Part shown: positions 58,538 to 64,000 of the stretch, piece by piece
Numbering within the stretch: position 1 is the stretch's first letter
How the letters are laid out: every line of letters begins with the position of its first letter
Notes under the pieces: generated by a model
The model's database searches: none
What the model saw: the letters and a program-made list of their open reading frames with translations, nothing else
Told to the model about the DNA's origin: nothing
Made by a program: the position numbers and the translations under genes
DNA from: Acidimicrobiia bacterium
GTDB taxonomy: Bacteria > Actinomycetota > Acidimicrobiia > Spongiisociales > UBA5794
NCBI GenBank assembly: GCA_965216945.1
Contig: CBDCGU010000003.1
Coordinates: 3,868 to 67,867, forward strand
Length of the DNA: 64,000 bases
Reading direction: 5' to 3'

Positions 58538-59775
58538 AGCGACTACTCGTTCTGGGGGCCGGCACGGCCGGCACGATGGTGGTCAACAAGCTCAGACCAC
58601 GCCTCCCTGCCGACGAATGGTCGATCACCGTCGTCGACGAGGACGAGGTGCACCACTACCAGCCAGGATTCCTCTTCATCCCCTTCGGGATGTACCACCG
58701 CCGCGACGTGGTGAAGCCCAAGCGCCGGTTCATCCCTTCCGGGGTCGACCTCGTGATCGGCCAGATCGATGCCATCGACGCCGCCGCCAACCGCGTCGAG
58801 ATGGTCGACGGGAGCACGCTGGACTACGACTACCTGGTCATCGCCACCGGCACCCACCCTCGACCCGATCAGACGCCGGGGCTCGAGAGCTCGGAGTACG
58901 GCAAGACGATCCATGACTTCTACACCCTCGAAGGGGCCGAGGCCCTCGCCGGCACGCTCCGTTCGTGGGACGGTGGCCGGCTGGCGATCAACGTCATCGA
59001 GATGCCGATCAAGTGCCCGGTGGCGCCCCTGGAGTTCACGTTCCTCGCCGACTGGTTCTTCACAGACAAGGGCATCCGCGATCGGGTCGAGCTGGTCTAT
59101 GTCACGCCGCTGGGCGGAGCGTTCACCAAACCCGTCGCATCGAAGGCACTCGGGCACTTGCTCGAGGAGCGCAAGGTCGGGCTGGAGAGCGACTTCTATC
59201 TCATGGAGGTCGATGCCGACAACCGCAAACTGGTCTCCTACGACGAGCGTGAGGTGCCCTACGACCTGCTGGTCACGGTGCCGGTCAACATGGGCGCCGA
59301 CTTCGTCGCTCGCTCAGGTCTCGGCAACGAGCTGAATCACGTGCCGGTGGACAAGCACACGTTCCTCTCCAAAGACCACGAGAACATCTTCGCTCTCGGC
59401 GACGCTGCCGACCTGCCGACGTCGAAGGCGGGCTCGGTCGCCCACTTCGCCGTCGACATGTTCACCAACAACTTCCTCGACTACATCGAGGGACGCCCGA
59501 TGCTCGAGCAGTTCGACGGTCACGCCAACTGCTTCATCGAATCCGGCTACGGGAAGGGCCTGCTCATCGACTTCAACTACGACACCGAGCCCCTGCCGGG
59601 CAAATACCCGCTACCGGGCGTTGGACCCTTCAGTCTGTTGGAGGAGACCGAGATGAACCACTGGGGCAAGATGATGTTCAAGTGGACGTACTGGAACGTC
59701 TTGTTGCCCGGTCGTGAGCTCCCGCTTCCCGCCCACATGTCCCTCGCCGGGAAGAACCTGGAGGCGTCGTCATGA
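58534..59775 (+). CDS. Sulfide:quinone oxidoreductase-like flavoprotein (FAD-dependent pyridine nucleotide-disulfide oxidoreductase, SQR/NDH-2 family)
   Basis: GTG 58534 preceded by AAAGGAGCACACA. LLVLGAGTAGT dinucleotide motif, IKCPVAPLEF, ALGDAADLPTSKAGSVAHF, and a second Cys in ANCFIESG, consistent with the SQR-type cysteines. Confidence 0.65.
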   Translation: MKRLLVLGAGTAGTMVVNKLRPRLPADEWSITVVDEDEVHHYQPGFLFIPFGMYHRRDVVKPKRRFIPSGVDLVIGQIDAIDAAANRVEMVDGSTLDYDYLVIATGTHPRPDQTPGLESSEYGKTIHDFYTLEGAEALAGTLRSWDGGRLAINVIEMPIKCPVAPLEFTFLADWFFTDKGIRDRVELVYVTPLGGAFTKPVASKALGHLLEERKVGLESDFYLMEVDADNRKLVSYDEREVPYDLLVTVPVNMGADFVARSGLGNELNHVPVDKHTFLSKDHENIFALGDAADLPTSKAGSVAHFAVDMFTNNFLDYIEGRPMLEQFDGHANCFIESGYGKGLLIDFNYDTEPLPGKYPLPGVGPFSLLEETEMNHWGKMMFKWTYWNVLLPGRELPLPAHMSLAGKNLEASS

Positions 59776-60518
59776 CCACCAGGACGGCGGACCGCACCGA
59801 GGTGTTGGAGCGCAAGATCGACCTCCTGGCGGAGCAGGTCGCCCTGCTCACCGAGGAAGCCGTCTGGCGAAAGCGGCAGCGGGAGCAGCTCAATGAGCTC
59901 CTCGCCGACGTGACCCCCCTCGCCGGCGAAGCCATGGCAATGGCGACCCATCAACTCGAAGACCTACGCCAGCGCGGCGATCTGGGCAACCTCGTCGGTC
60001 TGGCGGTCCGTCTGGTCGAGGTGGCGCCGGCGCTCGACCGCATGCTCGTGACGCTCGATTCGCTCTCGGAGCTGGCGGCCGATGCGATGCCATTGACGCA
60101 CGACGCCATGGCGCTGGCGACCGACCGGCTGGGCGAGATGCAACGACGCGGCTATTTCGAGTTCGTCAGAGCAAGCGCCGGGGTCGTGGACAGGGTCGTC
60201 ACCAGCTTCAGCGAGGACGACGTCAACCAGCTCGGCGACAACGTCGTCACCATGCTGGAGACGGTCAAGGAGCTCACCCAACCCGAGATGCTGGCGTTGA
60301 TCCAGCACATGATCGAAGGCTTGCAACGCCAGCAACAGACCGTCGTCGACGAAGCGGAAGAGGCACCCAGCCTCCTCGCCTTGGCGAAGCAGCTCCGCAA
60401 CCCCGACGTGCGCAGGGGCATGGCCCGGGCGCTCAACACCCTCGCCGCCGTCTCCGCCGAGACGGGCCCCGAGACCATTCAAGAGATCAACCAGACACAC
60501 CCGAAAGGAGAGGCGTAA
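59772..60518 (+). CDS. DUF1641-domain protein (accessory protein commonly adjacent to SQR-type oxidoreductases)
   Basis: 248 aa, helical, with internal duplication (LVGLAVRLVEVAPALDRMLVTLDSLSELAADAMPL / ...). Its start overlaps the SQR stop. Confidence 0.55.
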   Translation: MTTRTADRTEVLERKIDLLAEQVALLTEEAVWRKRQREQLNELLADVTPLAGEAMAMATHQLEDLRQRGDLGNLVGLAVRLVEVAPALDRMLVTLDSLSELAADAMPLTHDAMALATDRLGEMQRRGYFEFVRASAGVVDRVVTSFSEDDVNQLGDNVVTMLETVKELTQPEMLALIQHMIEGLQRQQQTVVDEAEEAPSLLALAKQLRNPDVRRGMARALNTLAAVSAETGPETIQEINQTHPKGEA

Positions 60519-60832
60519 TGCCGACCACAACCATCGCCGACCGCGAAGTCACCGTCGACGAAGAGGGCTTCATGACCGTGTACGACGAGTGGGACGAGGA
60601 GCTCGGCGCCGTGCTGGCGAGCCAGATCGGCATCGAGATGACCGAGGACCACTGGCGGGCCGTCAAGTTCCTGCGCGAGGACTTCGCAACCGAGGGCGAG
60701 ACCCCCACCATCCGTCGTGTCAGCTCCGTGGGTGGGATTCCCACCAAGCAGCTGTTCATGCTCTTCCCGAAGAAGCCCGCCAAGAAGATGGCGTACGTGG
60801 CCGGGCTGCCCAAGCCTGCCGGCTGCGTATAG
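60518..60832 (+). CDS. TusE/DsrC-family sulfur relay protein (single C-terminal Cys, TusE-like)
   Basis: 104 aa ending MAYVAGLPKPAGCV, the TusE/DsrC signature C-terminus. There is no second Cys 10 residues upstream, so TusE-type rather than DsrC-type. Confidence 0.7.
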   Translation: MPTTTIADREVTVDEEGFMTVYDEWDEELGAVLASQIGIEMTEDHWRAVKFLREDFATEGETPTIRRVSSVGGIPTKQLFMLFPKKPAKKMAYVAGLPKPAGCV

Positions 60833-60882
60833 GGACGGCACTCCACCGAGCATCTCGACTTCCGAACGCGAAAGGACCACAC

Positions 60883-61416
60883 ATGACAACCACCGAGGCA
60901 GCTCCCGCGGTCGTCCCGGACTTCGGCGACGACGCCGAGGAGCGCCAGATCTGCTTCATCTGCTCCAAGGGCGACCTGGACATGGCCTACCCGGCGCTCA
61001 TCATGGCCAACGGGGCCCTCACCGAGGGTGTCGAGGTGGACATCTTCTTCACCTTCTGGGGCATGGACATGATCAACAAAGGTACGTGGGACAACCTGCA
61101 GTTCTCGATGCTCGGCAACACGGCCATGCACATGCCGGGCTCGTCGAAGCACCTGCCCCAGGGCTTGGGCGGACTCCCCGGCATGACGAGCTTCGCCACC
61201 AAGATGCTGAAGAAGCAGATTGCCGATCTCAACGTGCCCGAGGTCCCCGAGTTCCTCCAGTTGCTCCACGACATGGGAGCCCGGTTCTGGGCCTGCAAGA
61301 TGTCCGTCGACATGATGGGGCTCACCAAGGACGACATGTTCGAGGGCGTCGAGGACATCATCAACGTCAACGAGTTCATCGAGCTGTCGAGCGGATCGCA
61401 AGTGATCTTCGTCTAG
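60883..61416 (+). CDS. DsrE/DsrF-like sulfur-carrier family protein
   Basis: ATG 60883 preceded by AAAGGACCACAC. RQICFICSKGDLDMAYPALIMANGAL...IFFTFWGMDMI matches the DsrE2/DsrE-like fold. Confidence 0.6.
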   Translation: MTTTEAAPAVVPDFGDDAEERQICFICSKGDLDMAYPALIMANGALTEGVEVDIFFTFWGMDMINKGTWDNLQFSMLGNTAMHMPGSSKHLPQGLGGLPGMTSFATKMLKKQIADLNVPEVPEFLQLLHDMGARFWACKMSVDMMGLTKDDMFEGVEDIINVNEFIELSSGSQVIFV

Positions 61417-61498
61417 TCCCACGCGCACGTGCCGGGTACCGAACACGAGGTACCCGGTACGTTGGCTCCCCACCTCTCGACGTACGAGGAGAAACACA

Positions 61499-61891
61499 TT
61501 GTCCAACTACACCTTTGGCGTGACACTCGACGACGACTTCGAGCTCGTCGTGGACCGGGTCACCGGAGCACTCGCCGAGGAAGGCTTCGGCGTGCTCACC
61601 ACGATCGACGTCCAAGCCACGATGAAGGCGAAGCTCGACATCGACCGCGATCCGTACATGATCCTCGGCGCCTGTAATCCTCCGTTGGCCAACCGGGCCA
61701 TCTCGGCAGAGCCGTCGATCGGTGCGCTGCTCCCTTGCAATGTGGTCGTTCGCCAAGACGGCCGGCGGGTCGTGGTCGAGTTCATGGATCCGGCGGCGGT
61801 GCTGAGGATCGTCGACAACCCCGACGTCCCCCAGCTGGCCGACGAAGTCCGGAGCCGCCTCGACAAGGTGGCCCGCGCCATCGCCGCCTGA
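61499..61891 (+). CDS. DUF302-domain protein
   Basis: TTG start preceded by GAGGAGAAACACA. 130 aa (FGVTLDDDFELVVDRVTGALAEEGFGVLTTIDVQATMKAKL...), DUF302 being commonly linked to sulfur-oxidation gene sets. Confidence 0.6.
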   Translation: MSNYTFGVTLDDDFELVVDRVTGALAEEGFGVLTTIDVQATMKAKLDIDRDPYMILGACNPPLANRAISAEPSIGALLPCNVVVRQDGRRVVVEFMDPAAVLRIVDNPDVPQLADEVRSRLDKVARAIAA

Positions 61892-62009
61892 GCAAGAGGA
61901 CACTTCCACGACGGCCGGCGGCCGGCCCTCGGGACGGGCCCTCGCCGGTCATCGGCACGTCCACTGGTAGCGTCAAGGCCAAGGGAACACGGGAAGTGGA
62001 GTCGACGCC

Positions 62010-64000
62010 TTGACGACGGGCCGTTCATCCGACGCGGGCGATGGCAATCCTCCGGGCTCGGATGCTCGTATAGCCGAGCTGGCCCGGTATGTGCCTCGCA
62101 TCGCCGCGGGCTGGGACGACATCGCCGGCGGCCGCCAATGGTATGAGGTCGAAGGCTCCCTCTGCCTCATCGACGTTTCCGGGTTCACCAGTCTCTCGGA
62201 GCGTCTGGCGACGCGAGGCCGTATCGGCGCCGAGGAGCTGACCGACGTGCTGGGTGCCGTCTTCTCGCCCATGCTGGGAACCGCATACGCATACGGTGGC
62301 AGCCTGATCAAGTTCGGTGGCGATGCGTTGCTCCTGCTGTTCACCGGTGAGGCCCATGCGATCCGGGCGACCTCCGCCGTCACCGCAATGCAGGCGACCC
62401 TACGCCGGACCGAGTTCCCACCAACGGCCGCCGGCCGAGTCAAGCTCCGCATGTCGGTCGGCGTCCATTCCGGCACGATCCAGCTCTTCTGCGTTGGGAC
62501 ATCACATCGCGAGCTCATGATCACCGGCCCTGCCGGCACCGTGACCACCTCCATGGAGCGCATCGCCGACCCGGGAGAGATCGTGGTGAGCTCAGCGACA
62601 CGAGAGCTGCTGCCCGCAGGGGCGACCTCGGCCCCTCGCCAATCTGGCTGGCGTCTGCGATGGCGCAAGCCCGCAGTCGCACCGGAAGGTTTTGCCGGCC
62701 GCGGCGACCTCGCCCGCCACGACATGAGGATATGGATGTCAACGGGACTGCGGTCGTTTCTCACAGCGATGTCGCCGGAGCCCGAGCACCGCACCGTCAC
62801 CGTCGGCTTCGTGCGGTTCTGCTCAGTCGACGACGTGATCGCGACCGAGGGGCTCGAGGCCGTCGCCGCCCACCTGCAGGAAATGGTCGACGTGATCCAA
62901 GCAGCCGCCGAGGCGGAGAGCGTCACCTTCCTGGCCACCGACATCAACGAGGACGGGGGCAAGGTGATCCTCGTTGCCGGTGCCCCCACCGTCCACGAGG
63001 ACGACGAGGGCCGCATGCTGCGAGCGGCGCGCCGCATCGCCGAGGCGAACACCCGATTCGACCTCCACATCGGCGTCAACCGCGGCCACGTGTTTGCGGG
63101 AGAGGTCGGCACGGAGTATCGCTCGACGTACACGGTGATGGGTGACACCGTGAACGTCGCCGCCCGGCTGTGTGGCGCAGCGTGGGCGGGCAAGATCTAT
63201 GCGACGCCCGATGTCCTCGAGCGCTCCCACACCCGGTTTGCCACCACCCAGCTCGACCCCCTCACGGTCAAGGGCAAATCCGAGCCGTTGCTGGTGTACG
63301 ACGTCGGCGAGGAGTTGGGATTCCGAAGTGCCGCAACGCGCACGGATCTGCCGTTCGTGGGTCGCAACGAGGAGCTTGCCCGCCTGAGAGCCACCCTCGA
63401 TCCGAAGCAGGGCGAGACGGGTGCCGTCACCACCGTGACCGGTGAGATGGGCACCGGCAAGAGCCGGCTCGTCGACGAGGCTTTGAGCAATCGAGCCGAC
63501 CTGCGGACGATCGCTCTTCGAGCCGAACCCTATGGCGCTGCCAACCCGTACCGACCGATGCGAGACCCGTTGCGGGACCTGATCGGCATCACACGCGGCT
63601 CACAAGCCGAGATGACAGCAATGCTGCGCGACAGGATCTCCGCCGTCGATGCCTCATTGCTGCCGGTGGTGCCGCTGCTCGGCGATGCAATGCACATCGA
63701 CGTGGCCGAAACGGACGACACCGGTGCGATCGAACCCCGCTTCCGCCGAGACCGCCTCGCCGACGTCGTCATCGAGGTCATGGATCTTCTCCTCGACGGT
63801 CCGGCACTGCTCCTCGTCGAGGACGCCCAGTGGATGGACGAAGCATCGGCGCACTTGCTGGAACGAATCGCCGCTGCAACCAGAACGCGGCACTGGCGAA
63901 TGGTGGTCACCCGACGTCCCGGCGAAGGCGGCTTCGCACCCCCGGACGCAGCCGAGGTGGTGCTCGGACCGCTCACGCCGGAGGAAGCGACCGAGCTCGT
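62010..64000 (+). CDS. Adenylate/guanylate-cyclase-domain regulator (two CHD domains followed by an AAA/NACHT-like ATPase; 3' partial)
   Basis: Open frame from ~62010 (start uncertain, TTG/GTG) to the window end. First cyclase domain YEVEGSLCLIDVSGFTSLSE...FGGDALLLLF...VGVHSGTIQLFCVG. Second is TVGFVRFCSVDD...GVNRGHVFAGEVG...YTVMGDTVNVAARL. Then P-loop VTGEMGTGKSRLV. Confidence 0.6.
   Translation, partial: MTTGRSSDAGDGNPPGSDARIAELARYVPRIAAGWDDIAGGRQWYEVEGSLCLIDVSGFTSLSERLATRGRIGAEELTDVLGAVFSPMLGTAYAYGGSLIKFGGDALLLLFTGEAHAIRATSAVTAMQATLRRTEFPPTAAGRVKLRMSVGVHSGTIQLFCVGTSHRELMITGPAGTVTTSMERIADPGEIVVSSATRELLPAGATSAPRQSGWRLRWRKPAVAPEGFAGRGDLARHDMRIWMSTGLRSFLTAMSPEPEHRTVTVGFVRFCSVDDVIATEGLEAVAAHLQEMVDVIQAAAEAESVTFLATDINEDGGKVILVAGAPTVHEDDEGRMLRAARRIAEANTRFDLHIGVNRGHVFAGEVGTEYRSTYTVMGDTVNVAARLCGAAWAGKIYATPDVLERSHTRFATTQLDPLTVKGKSEPLLVYDVGEELGFRSAATRTDLPFVGRNEELARLRATLDPKQGETGAVTTVTGEMGTGKSRLVDEALSNRADLRTIALRAEPYGAANPYRPMRDPLRDLIGITRGSQAEMTAMLRDRISAVDASLLPVVPLLGDAMHIDVAETDDTGAIEPRFRRDRLADVVIEVMDLLLDGPALLLVEDAQWMDEASAHLLERIAAATRTRHWRMVVTRRPGEGGFAPPDAAEVVLGPLTPEEATEL

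Noticed and set aside
57667-59775. 702-aa plus-strand ORF
   Set aside because: Artificial fusion. Its first ~290 codons are an out-of-frame read-through of the HTH-PocR gene. Only the part from GTG 58534 (strong AAAGGAG RBS) is the SQR-like protein.
61973-63193. 406-aa minus-strand ORF
   Set aside because: Antisense to the cyclase-domain gene, whose plus-strand frame shows two class III cyclase domains and a P-loop.

Overview
High-GC (~68-70%) actinobacterial-type chromosomal window. Lineage markers are a WhiB-like regulator, a DUF3159 protein and a perfect TCGAAC-N4-GTTCGA LexA box. The content is dominated by one-carbon and methyl-group metabolism. Left to right: an archaeal-type SAM synthetase, AlkA, an enolase-superfamily enzyme, metH-metF, a TPM-domain protein paired with a Gly-tail protein, a TrmH-family methyltransferase, a LexA-box-controlled DnaQ/GIY-YIG (Cho-like) nuclease, and a CDC48-like AAA ATPase. 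Next comes an almost complete his operon, hisG-D-C-B-H-F-IE, with hisA/priA lying inverted upstream across a YerC/TrpR-like gene. Then gpsA, a TlpA-like thioredoxin plus an Lgt-like protein, a second TlpA-like thioredoxin whose catalytic Cys codon is TGA (a selenocysteine candidate with a SECIS-like hairpin), trpD and a WhiB-like gene. A corrinoid-dependent glycine-betaine-type demethylation cluster follows: a non-Pyl MttB-family methyltransferase, corrinoid protein, RACo activator, pterin-binding MtrH-like methyltransferase, DUF1638 and a MetF-like reductase, with dimethylglycine dehydrogenase and etfBA encoded divergently. After an ECF sigma/anti-sigma pair and a betaine-homocysteine-type methyltransferase comes a NAD-type formate dehydrogenase operon. 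Its catalytic subunit contains an in-frame TGA (Sec) followed by an fdhF-like SECIS hairpin, and its Fe-S N-terminal domains are encoded as a separate gene downstream of a nuoE-nuoF fusion. Formate--THF ligase (fhs) lies immediately upstream. The window ends with an IclR regulator, a sulfur oxidation/relay cluster (HTH-PocR regulator, SQR-like, DUF1641, TusE/DsrC-like, DsrE-like, DUF302) and a partial adenylate-cyclase/ATPase regulator. A conserved ~28-nt cis-element is shared by the mtg/dmgdh and fhs/fdh promoter regions, and a related palindrome sits at the iclR promoter. No rRNA, CRISPR or obvious mobile elements were seen, and no tRNA could be recognised by eye.
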